Positions 9,116 to 17,609 of a DNA stretch of 64,000 nt are shown one piece after another. Source of the stretch: a virus. The stretch covers positions 1 through 64,000 of IMG/VR virus record IMGVR_UViG_3300005826_000037; one strand, 5' to 3'. The notes below the pieces were generated by a model, which saw only the letters and a program-made list of their open reading frames with translations, was not told the origin of the DNA and did no database searches. Positions within the stretch are counted from its first letter, which is position 1, and every line of letters starts with the position of its first letter. The position numbers and the translations under genes are program-made.

Positions 9116-10096
9116 TTACCACGCAGTCCTAAACCCACCCATGACAGAAAATTCTGCATTAGAACTAATATGAACAGATGGACCAACATACATGTTATTC
9201 ATTAATGGTAAATGTTTACCAACGTTATACACAACAGGAGTCACAACTAGTTGTGCTCTCCTACTAATCGCACCATACCCAACTCCAACTTGCAAAAAAG
9301 AAAAATCCGGCTGGTTCTTATACATACCATAAGACATAACACCAATATTTATATTCGGCGTTAACTCTCCATTCATATTTGACAAATTAACACCAGAATC
9401 TGTACCAACAAATAATCTTGGATTCCACCAATGAAAAGATGGTTCTGGATATTCTTCAACCATTTCCGCCTTATCTATCTTGACATCATATGGTTTGCCA
9501 TCAACTACGACAGAGAATTTATTATACACATAATGCCTTTGATTATCATCTGTGCCTACCACATTTGTAACTCTATATTCCCTTGGTCTAATATCTATTG
9601 ACCATGGTTTCTCTTGCCATGCAGAAAAACCAACGGTACCAATTGGTACCTTAGTGTTTGGGAAACTCTCATCTAATCTAAGATTTTGTTGCTCGCTTAA
9701 ATAACCAAATCGATCGCATTCTTTACAACTAGTATCAGGAGGATTTGGATTATTTGGTCCAGTATTTGTACTAGGTATATTGTTTCCTTGCTGACCATTA
9801 CTAATAACAATAATTCTATTTATTAATTTTATCTCTGCTCCAAGAGTTTTTAAATCATCTTTTATAGCCTCAATTGCTAAACCATTTTCTTTTATATACT
9901 TTTCAATATCTTCTTTCGAAGCATATTGTCCCATACTTCTAGTTATATTATCTTCAAGTTGTTTTTGAGTTACCATACTTCTCTCAATAACCATTTGACG
10001 GTTTGAGATTTCAATCTGCTTGTAAATAATAAAACCTGCAGCACATATGGCGACCATTGCTGATATCGCAATTAAAATCTTCGTTGATAATGACAT
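9116..10096 (-). CDS. Membrane-anchored protein with N-terminal TM helix, coiled coil and beta-rich C-terminus (spanin-like candidate)
   Basis: ILIAISAMVAICAAGFIIY TM segment; heptad region; amphipathic strands LQVGVGYG and MYVGPSVHI; terminal Trp. Confidence 0.5.
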   Translation of the reverse strand: MSLSTKILIAISAMVAICAAGFIIYKQIEISNRQMVIERSMVTQKQLEDNITRSMGQYASKEDIEKYIKENGLAIEAIKDDLKTLGAEIKLINRIIVISNGQQGNNIPSTNTGPNNPNPPDTSCKECDRFGYLSEQQNLRLDESFPNTKVPIGTVGFSAWQEKPWSIDIRPREYRVTNVVGTDDNQRHYVYNKFSVVVDGKPYDVKIDKAEMVEEYPEPSFHWWNPRLFVGTDSGVNLSNMNGELTPNINIGVMSYGMYKNQPDFSFLQVGVGYGAISRRAQLVVTPVVYNVGKHLPLMNNMYVGPSVHISSNAEFSVMGGFRTAW

Positions 10097-10164
10097 AACT
10101 TACACCTTACAATATGAACATAGCTAAAAAATAACTTATGTTTGATACGACTATATCAGCAGTA

Positions 10165-10872
10165 TTATTTTTTGCCCCACTTTTCTACAAATATCTTCCT
10201 TGCATTTTTATATAGTTGATAAGTATTGAGCTGTTTACTCGTTTGTTTACCAAAATGTACAACAGGGATATCCACTACTTCAAATTGAATTCCAAGTTCC
10301 CTAGCCCTAAAAGAAAGGTCAGTATCCTCAAAATATGCTAATCCATATTCAGTTGAGAAAATCTGTACAATATGATAATCATCTGAAATGATACCTTTTC
10401 GTGGCACCTCTAATTTATCCCAAACTTGTTTAGATGAAGCTAAACACCAACCAGACATATATGATTTCCCAGGTAATACTTTATTTGCCTCTTGAACAAA
10501 ATTAAGAGAACTATCTAATTGACCCATAGTTGGACCAACAAGAGCATTATCACATTTATCTATAATCTTTTGTGTCCAGGTTGCATGATCGGATTTTACC
10601 CTGATATCATTATTAAGAAATAATACATTTTCACCTTCAGAAACAGTGTAACCCATATTACATCCACAAGCAAACCCCTGATTTGATGTCATTCTTATGT
10701 ATTTTATCTCTTTAGAACCCTCAAGTGATTTTTGAGTTTCATCTGTACTACCATTATCTACTATGATTATTTCATGGTCGTCCGGTAATTGTACTAAATC
10801 CTTAAGACAACTCTTCGAAAAGTTCCACTTGTTGAATACCGGAATTACTATCGACATTTTCTTCATTATCAA
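10165..10872 (-). CDS. Glycosyltransferase family 2
   Basis: SIVIPVFN, IIIVDNGSTD, NQGFACGCN, LFLNND, YFEDTDLSFRA. Confidence 0.9.
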   Translation of the reverse strand: MIMKKMSIVIPVFNKWNFSKSCLKDLVQLPDDHEIIIVDNGSTDETQKSLEGSKEIKYIRMTSNQGFACGCNMGYTVSEGENVLFLNNDIRVKSDHATWTQKIIDKCDNALVGPTMGQLDSSLNFVQEANKVLPGKSYMSGWCLASSKQVWDKLEVPRKGIISDDYHIVQIFSTEYGLAYFEDTDLSFRARELGIQFEVVDIPVVHFGKQTSKQLNTYQLYKNARKIFVEKWGKK

Positions 10873-10990
10873 AATTTCCTTTTAATTCGTCTAATATCCT
10901 TTTTATTAATTCTCTAAATTTTCTGTTTTCTGCATCAACAGTATTGTATGTCATTTCATTATTTGAGTTTATTATTAATTTACGACCCAT
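10802..10990 (-). CDS. Small hypothetical protein
   Basis: 62-aa ORF in a chain of overlapping small ORFs; overlaps the GT2 start. Confidence 0.35.
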   Translation of the reverse strand: MGRKLIINSNNEMTYNTVDAENRKFRELIKRILDELKGNFDNEENVDSNSGIQQVELFEELS

Positions 10991-11183
10991 TATGATTTTT
11001 TTCTATAGTAAAACTCTTTTCAAAATTAGAGTCAATCTTTACCTTTCCTAACTCTATAAATGTATTACTATTTCCTGATTCATAATTAATACCGATAATA
11101 ATCCAACCTTTTTCCAATATCCTCATTTCATTTTTAGAGGTTATTACAACTCTAGTTTTCATTTCTAATAATGTCCTCTTCAA
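10980..11183 (-). CDS. Small hypothetical protein
   Basis: 67-aa ORF; true start may be the downstream ATG (MKTRV) following GAGGA. Confidence 0.45.
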   Translation of the reverse strand: MKRTLLEMKTRVVITSKNEMRILEKGWIIIGINYESGNSNTFIELGKVKIDSNFEKSFTIEKNHNGS

Positions 11184-11358
11184 TATCTATGTGTTTGATT
11201 TCTTTCAAACGCCCTTTGGCTACACCTTTAGGATTAATAATAGCAACCCCAATTGTTTCTTTTACTTTCCATCTAAGAAGATTAATTCTAATATACATCT
11301 TGTTTTCAGAAGATATTATCAAAAAATTATGTTTAAATTTTGATTTACAATTGTTCAT
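11152..11358 (-). CDS. Small hypothetical protein
   Basis: 68-aa ORF whose start overlaps the nuclease stop codon. Confidence 0.45.
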   Translation of the reverse strand: MNNCKSKFKHNFLIISSENKMYIRINLLRWKVKETIGVAIINPKGVAKGRLKEIKHIDIEEDIIRNEN

Positions 11359-12509
11359 TCACATAAACTTTCTAAATGACATTTTTGGCACCAATTGCCC
11401 CTCTTAATATTTGCTGGCAAAGCCTGCCAAATATGCCCATTTTTACACTGAAATAACATATATTTATCAGATCTAATATAATATTCTGATAAACACTTAC
11501 CACCATGAGATTGTGAAATTTTCAAGATTTCATAAAATTTTTTGATTTTATAATTTTTAATACGGCACATTTTACAAATATCTTTATTTTTTACTAATTT
11601 ATGTTTAATATTAGCTAAGTCCTCTTTCCATTTATAACCACATTCACATTGCCATTTTAATTTAAAAGATGACCCGGCATAAAAATCAGATAAACAATTG
11701 ACATTATATGCGTTTTTTATATCTTTTTTTATATTCATGAATTCTTGGCTATAAATACAAGAAAAATCAATATTTATGTCGTCATAATCTTTTGGTAATT
11801 TGATACCAATATTTAAACACTCATTCTTAATAAATAATTTTAGATCACTGATTTTTATTTTTTCTTGTAGTGATGGTATTATAATAAGTGATATTCCTCT
11901 ATCATAACAAATTTTTTTCTTTATTAAATCATGTTCTTTTTGTTTATTACAATCACCACCAAACCATTCTACATCTCTATAATGTTGCATTCCATTATGT
12001 TCAAAAGCAATACCAAGCTCTATACAATAACCATCTAATTCTAACCTATTCCCATTTTCATTTATCAACCAAGAAGGTCTTGTTTTGACAAATGATTTAC
12101 CAAAAATAGTTTCAAAATACAATCTGCATATCTTTTCATATAACCCGCTTGAACAATATGGACACCAACGATTACTTATAATTTCTGCATATGAGGCACT
12201 CCATATATGTCCAATTTCACATTGCCATAATAGTTTTGATTTATTATTTATATATTTTCCACCAATACATTTTCCCTTTTTATTACTCGCTATTTCTTGT
12301 GCATGCATCATAGATTTTTTATTATTTCCTGCACAAACAGAACACCAACTACCTTTCCTAATAGAATCATATGTGGTATCCCAGATATGATTTTTAGAAC
12401 ATTTTATTTTGAGTTTTGTTTTTACATCATTATACTCATTAGTTAATAATACACCACCTTGGTTCTCAACTATATCTTTAATCTTACTTATTCCTATTTT
12501 TCTACTCAT
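11355..12509 (-). CDS. Zinc-ribbon-repeat PD-(D/E)xK / Vsr-like endonuclease (probable homing endonuclease)
   Basis: Four C-x2-3-(H/Y)-x-W...CxxC repeats around LELDGY...IAFEHNGMQHY...D-x-x-K nuclease core. Confidence 0.75.
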   Translation of the reverse strand: MSRKIGISKIKDIVENQGGVLLTNEYNDVKTKLKIKCSKNHIWDTTYDSIRKGSWCSVCAGNNKKSMMHAQEIASNKKGKCIGGKYINNKSKLLWQCEIGHIWSASYAEIISNRWCPYCSSGLYEKICRLYFETIFGKSFVKTRPSWLINENGNRLELDGYCIELGIAFEHNGMQHYRDVEWFGGDCNKQKEHDLIKKKICYDRGISLIIIPSLQEKIKISDLKLFIKNECLNIGIKLPKDYDDINIDFSCIYSQEFMNIKKDIKNAYNVNCLSDFYAGSSFKLKWQCECGYKWKEDLANIKHKLVKNKDICKMCRIKNYKIKKFYEILKISQSHGGKCLSEYYIRSDKYMLFQCKNGHIWQALPANIKRGNWCQKCHLESLCE

Positions 12510-12521
12510 ATAAATATGAAA

Positions 12522-13661
12522 TTATATGCACATATCAATAATTTTTCTTGTAACAGCTTCCCAGGTATAATTTGGAAGTATTTCTTTTATTTTTGGAGAG
12601 AACTTTGCATGATAATCTCCATAATTATTTACGACATCTTTTAATGCTGCCGCAGCTTTATCAACACTTGGATCAAACACTCTTGCATATGGGGAAGGTT
12701 CCCAATATTGAAGTCTAGCATCTGCTCTTATTGTTTTACCTTCAATTAATACGGAATTATCATCATTCATGAAATCTAATTGACCACCATATTTAGGGGC
12801 AACAACAATGCAATCTCCTCCAAATCCCTCCAAACCAGGCATCCAAAAACATTCAGCACGAGACATTGAAAACACAATATCACAAGCATTATACAGAGTT
12901 TCAATATCAACCACAAAATGATCTATTATCTCAATCTCTCCATGTTTCTTAAATTCATGATAAAAATCTTTTAATATCTGATTGAATGGAACACTATCAG
13001 CTGTTACTTGGGGACTCTTCTTAGATACTTTCAAAACCAAACAAACATCATCTTTGCTTGTAAACGCCTTTCCATATGCTGCTAGAACATTTGGAATATT
13101 CTTTCTTAAATGCGGCTGAGCAATATTTACAAGTATCTTATATTTTTTCTTTGTCTTTAACGGATACTTGCCAAGTTTTTCAAATCTATCCAAATAAATA
13201 CCATGAGGAATAACAACTTGTTTATCCCTTGATACTCCATTTTTAGCAAAAATATCTTTAGAAAACTCAGATGATGGTAGCATTTTATCTATGTATTTAG
13301 CATGCTTAGCAAATGCTTTTGGAAGATAATCTGTCTCATAATTCCAAATACCAAATCTATTCTTATCTCCCCTTATGAAATAATGTCTGAAATTCTTCAT
13401 AGCAGTATATGATAACTGCATATCATAATTTTTTTCAAGTTTAGATCCAACAAGAGCTTCATAATTATCTTGGATAAGAGGAGTTCCCTCCTCAACAAAC
13501 CCCTTTAAATTTGGAAGCAAATCTTCTGGAAAATAAGAATTTCCATTAGTTGAAAAAAGATCAACTTTATGACCCATTTTTACTAATTCTCGGGAAATAT
13601 TTTGTGCTACAATACTCCACGAAAAATTTTTGGAAAGAAATCCGTACCAACATATTTTCAT
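12522..13661 (-). CDS. Glycosyltransferase family 4 (GT-B)
   Basis: VIPHGI, RKN, LYNACD, SRAECFWMPGLE (E-x7-E), YTWEAV. Confidence 0.88.
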   Translation of the reverse strand: MKICWYGFLSKNFSWSIVAQNISRELVKMGHKVDLFSTNGNSYFPEDLLPNLKGFVEEGTPLIQDNYEALVGSKLEKNYDMQLSYTAMKNFRHYFIRGDKNRFGIWNYETDYLPKAFAKHAKYIDKMLPSSEFSKDIFAKNGVSRDKQVVIPHGIYLDRFEKLGKYPLKTKKKYKILVNIAQPHLRKNIPNVLAAYGKAFTSKDDVCLVLKVSKKSPQVTADSVPFNQILKDFYHEFKKHGEIEIIDHFVVDIETLYNACDIVFSMSRAECFWMPGLEGFGGDCIVVAPKYGGQLDFMNDDNSVLIEGKTIRADARLQYWEPSPYARVFDPSVDKAAAALKDVVNNYGDYHAKFSPKIKEILPNYTWEAVTRKIIDMCI

Positions 13662-13686
13662 GTGAAGTACTATATCAATACTTCAC
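13662..13686 (-). promoter_or_regulatory. Extended -10-like promoter (TGATATAGT) enclosed in a perfect 8-bp inverted repeat directly before the GT4 start
   Basis: GTGAAGTA (13662-13669) and TACTTCAC (13679-13686) flank TATATCA (13671-13677 on +); no SD before the ATG. Confidence 0.55.
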
Positions 13687-13687
13687 G

Positions 13688-16600
13688 TCATGTATAAATT
13701 AAAACTAATCTTGCCATTTTACATGTAGCTGTTCCACCAGATCCTGTCAATTCAATTTTATAAATATGACTTGTCGTTCCATCATCTAAATCAGTAGAAA
13801 TATCATCAGATTCTACATAAGTCTCAGATGTTGCAGTTGTTGAAAGTTCTTGATTTACACCATCAAGCAAAATATAACCTGGAGTACCAGTCAAATTATA
13901 CAATCTAATTTCAGCAGTACCAGCAGTAGTTTCTATAATAGCTTCAAACTTAACACTTGATAATCCAGTCTGAACAAAATCATCAAAAGTAAACTCAAAA
14001 GCACCAATATCTGTAGCTGTTGTTGCTGTAAATACGCCGGCAACACCATATACATACACTGGGTTCATGTAGATAAATGAAGGATCTAATTTTCCAGCAC
14101 TATCTGTTTTGACCATTTTACCAGCATCAAAAACTCCAGTGGATGAAGAAATAACTCCAGGAAGATCGTAAATAAACTGATAACTCAAAGCACTTCCGCT
14201 GCTCATCAAAACTGTTCCATAAGTTCCAGCAGCATTCAATCCAGTGCCTCCATTTACTATTGGAAGAATACCAGTTGTTTCTGCCTCTAAATCAACAAGA
14301 GCAGATGGTCCACCAGAAACTGGTCCGTTAAAGATTGAAATAAGACTTAACATATTTCTTACTTGCTCAGATTGAACAAACAAAGGAGTGTTGTTAAATC
14401 CACCCTTCTTAAGATATACACTCACCTGTACCTTAGTACTTAAGGTTTGCATTACTGCATCTTCATAAAGATTGGTAAAATTAAGTGTCAAAAATCCGGT
14501 GGAATAATCCATAGATACGCCCATTTTACCATCAACTATTGCTCCAGTATATCCATCAGGATCTTCTCCATTAGTGTTAGGAGAGAATGATTGAACAGCA
14601 ACAGAGAACCTAATTTTGTCATTAGTCAAATCACTTGATCCAACGAATGAACAATCTGCATATCTCATAGCTGGATAACCAAGTCTTGTTAAACCTGTTG
14701 GTAATCCTGTTGTTCCATCCAATTCAGAAACGATGAAATCCTGCATAAGGTTTAATGTTTTTTCATTTCCATAAAGACCATTTGGAATTTCAAGAACGAT
14801 TGTGCCCATTTCAAAGTCTACTTTGTAGAAATCTCCTGTAGGTCTTTTAATATCTCCAGTTCCAATTATAATATTATCTGGAGCATAAAAATCTATTGTT
14901 CCAGAGTCAAAATCAATAGGTAATGGATATGTATTGCAGGTTACACCATCAAGAGTACATTGGTTTACGCTATACCCAGTTAATGATGTAAATACGGAAG
15001 GAACTGTTTTAGTTCTAGTGCCTGTTATAACCCTAAAATCCTCCCAAGTTAATTTCTTTTCAAAATTCAACAATGCTGGATAGCTATAGAAATTATGACT
15101 ATGGAAATATCCATCAGCTAAGAAAATATCTTGTTCTGGATGAATAGATGTAGCTCTACCAGTAATAACTGAAGAGTAATCATCTGCTCTATCAATATAT
15201 TTTTGAACCTTAAATCTTACTACATTAAATGTAGTTCCAATTTTTGTGTAAGGATCTGTAGTTGGTGCAGGATAAGTTGGAGAAGGTGCACCTATATAAG
15301 GATATCTGTTTACATAACTCTCAAGTAAATATCCATCAGCTTCTGTTACTGCAAAGTCACCATTAATATCAGCTCTTAACATCTGAGCATAAACATCACC
15401 AGTAAGATAAATCTTCCTCAAAGTGATAACATCAGATAATGAATCAATACCAATAATACTAAAACCACCATAATTAGCATCAACAGACGGAGTATTTATA
15501 ACTAAAGTAAAATCTGTTAGACCTATAATTGTACTAAAAGAAACTGTAGAACTAGTGAATTGAGCAAGCCTATTATCATTAGGATTAGCCACAATAATTC
15601 CATCACTACCAGATGCAACAACATATCCATCAGATCTAACCAATTGGAAACTTATACTAAATCCATTTGAAAACGGAGCGGTAAGAGTTCTATAACCATT
15701 TACATATGTTGTGTATCCATATCCATCTGTGGTAACGCTTGATGTTTCTGGTAAACCAGTATTCATATTAAAACCATAATATGATTGTAGTAAATCCAAA
15801 TCATCAGAAGTAATCACTCCATCACCATCAACATCCCCAACCATCATTTTACATAATTTTGCTTCAGAAACTCTGTAATATGTACTTGTGTCAATAGCGT
15901 TTGGATAGATTTTTGCATCATTAAAATTCCCCAAAAGAAGATTTGTTTCTAATGCAGTAACAGCCGTACTATACCTACCAGTATCAGTTGTATCGGTTAT
16001 AATTTTAACTAAGATTTCGTCATCTACAATTGTTGCGCTGTATAACAATGATGAAATTGATGCTTGAGATGCATCATATGATTTGTTGTTTTTATCAGAA
16101 ATAGAACCAATTATTAAAGGTTCTGATGCTGCCGTTAAATTAGCAATATCGATTGAATTCAATAAACTAACAGATGGAACAAATTCTTTTCTAGAGTATA
16201 CTGGTTGACCAGTTCTTTGATCTGTTACTTGATCAGTTTTCTCAACGGTGGCTGAAACTACCGCTCTATATACATCATTACCAGTAAACTCAATATCCTT
16301 TAAACAATAATCTTCTGTTGCTTGTGTTATTGTATTAAGTTTTGTTTTTGGTAAAATAATACCATTACCAGCATCATATCCTTGTCCATCAGATACTTTT
16401 GCAGCATCATGCCAAATTCTAAACCATAAATCTTGCTCAGGAATATCAACCCATACAGAACCAGAAAAAGAAGTTATTCTTGAATCATCAATAAGATCAC
16501 TTCCTGCCTCTAAGATAATATCACATTTATTCGCAGTACCTGCTCTTTTAATAGCAAAAGCGTAATAATCTCCCACTGTTATGTTATTTCCATTTCCTGC

Positions 16601-17602
16601 AGCAGTATTACTAAAAACAAATTCAACAGGTTGTGGAACGCTATTAAGTTGCACACCATCTGCTAGAAGACTATTATAATCTAAACTAACTTGGGCAATT
16701 GGAATATTTATAGGAGAATAATCTATAGCTAGATTAGGTACTATATCTGTTGAGCATTCAATAGTTGATTGAAGTGGATAAATGCTTAAAATAAGTTCAC
16801 CAGTCCATGATAAATCTGCTGGGGTCACCAAATTTCTTACAGACATCAAAAGTGTTAACTTTTGAATGTTATTAGTTGCGGCAACAAATTTTTGACCAAC
16901 TTGAGTTGTAATATCATCGGCAAGCAAATAATATTGGTCTACACTTCCAGTATAAATACCAAGAGTATCTATATTATAATATGGCAAGGCTGCTGTGAGT
17001 AAAGTATATAAAGAGGTTGACCCATCTACAAAGAAATCTCTAAAGAAAAGATTTGGTTGCAAATCTTGCGCTATCATTTTAGGGCTTCTTGATAGAGTAA
17101 ATGGGTTTGTTTCTTTGATAACAATTTTGCCACCAAGATTAAGAGAGTATGACGGGTTACCAATGAAATCATTAAATAAAAGTAATTCTATTGTGGTAAA
17201 ATGTTTTGAGCTAATTTGCGTTTCATTTGCTTTAAATTCAAATGTTTCAAATTGAAGATCAGAATTAAAATCTAATCCAATAATACATACCTTAACCTTT
17301 TTCTTTCCATTTGCCAAGGAATTGGTTAGAGTTATTTCTAATTGATTTCCATAGTTTGAATCTGCTGGTTGGTTTTGAGCAGCTACGGCAACGCCATCTA
17401 GAAAATTTGTTTCCAGTGAAGAGTCAAACAAAATGTTTTGTTCAAGAACTTCAGGTATTGCTCCCGTTCCAAAATGGTTATTTATTATTCCTGTTTGCAC
17501 AGTAGCATTATGAGTTTGCTCTAAAGTAAGATCAGTATCATCAACTTGTTCAGCATCAAACCATATATTTTGTTCAGAAGTAACTGGTATTCTTTTTGTC
17601 AT
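13688..17602 (-). CDS. Large virion (baseplate/fibre) protein with dockerin-like Ca-binding loops
   Basis: Last gene of the baseplate run; beta-rich; GDVDGDGVITSDDLDLL and ADINGDFAVTEAD motifs; fibre-type GILPIVNGGTG motif. Confidence 0.65.
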   Translation of the reverse strand: MTKRIPVTSEQNIWFDAEQVDDTDLTLEQTHNATVQTGIINNHFGTGAIPEVLEQNILFDSSLETNFLDGVAVAAQNQPADSNYGNQLEITLTNSLANGKKKVKVCIIGLDFNSDLQFETFEFKANETQISSKHFTTIELLLFNDFIGNPSYSLNLGGKIVIKETNPFTLSRSPKMIAQDLQPNLFFRDFFVDGSTSLYTLLTAALPYYNIDTLGIYTGSVDQYYLLADDITTQVGQKFVAATNNIQKLTLLMSVRNLVTPADLSWTGELILSIYPLQSTIECSTDIVPNLAIDYSPINIPIAQVSLDYNSLLADGVQLNSVPQPVEFVFSNTAAGNGNNITVGDYYAFAIKRAGTANKCDIILEAGSDLIDDSRITSFSGSVWVDIPEQDLWFRIWHDAAKVSDGQGYDAGNGIILPKTKLNTITQATEDYCLKDIEFTGNDVYRAVVSATVEKTDQVTDQRTGQPVYSRKEFVPSVSLLNSIDIANLTAASEPLIIGSISDKNNKSYDASQASISSLLYSATIVDDEILVKIITDTTDTGRYSTAVTALETNLLLGNFNDAKIYPNAIDTSTYYRVSEAKLCKMMVGDVDGDGVITSDDLDLLQSYYGFNMNTGLPETSSVTTDGYGYTTYVNGYRTLTAPFSNGFSISFQLVRSDGYVVASGSDGIIVANPNDNRLAQFTSSTVSFSTIIGLTDFTLVINTPSVDANYGGFSIIGIDSLSDVITLRKIYLTGDVYAQMLRADINGDFAVTEADGYLLESYVNRYPYIGAPSPTYPAPTTDPYTKIGTTFNVVRFKVQKYIDRADDYSSVITGRATSIHPEQDIFLADGYFHSHNFYSYPALLNFEKKLTWEDFRVITGTRTKTVPSVFTSLTGYSVNQCTLDGVTCNTYPLPIDFDSGTIDFYAPDNIIIGTGDIKRPTGDFYKVDFEMGTIVLEIPNGLYGNEKTLNLMQDFIVSELDGTTGLPTGLTRLGYPAMRYADCSFVGSSDLTNDKIRFSVAVQSFSPNTNGEDPDGYTGAIVDGKMGVSMDYSTGFLTLNFTNLYEDAVMQTLSTKVQVSVYLKKGGFNNTPLFVQSEQVRNMLSLISIFNGPVSGGPSALVDLEAETTGILPIVNGGTGLNAAGTYGTVLMSSGSALSYQFIYDLPGVISSSTGVFDAGKMVKTDSAGKLDPSFIYMNPVYVYGVAGVFTATTATDIGAFEFTFDDFVQTGLSSVKFEAIIETTAGTAEIRLYNLTGTPGYILLDGVNQELSTTATSETYVESDDISTDLDDGTTSHIYKIELTGSGGTATCKMARLVLIYT

Positions 17603-17609
17603 ATTTTTC

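Noticed and set aside
7050-12040. DGY in the intein (YDGYVYD) and in the nuclease (LDGY)
   Set aside because: These are parts of ordinary family motifs and occur at background frequency, so they were excluded from the count.
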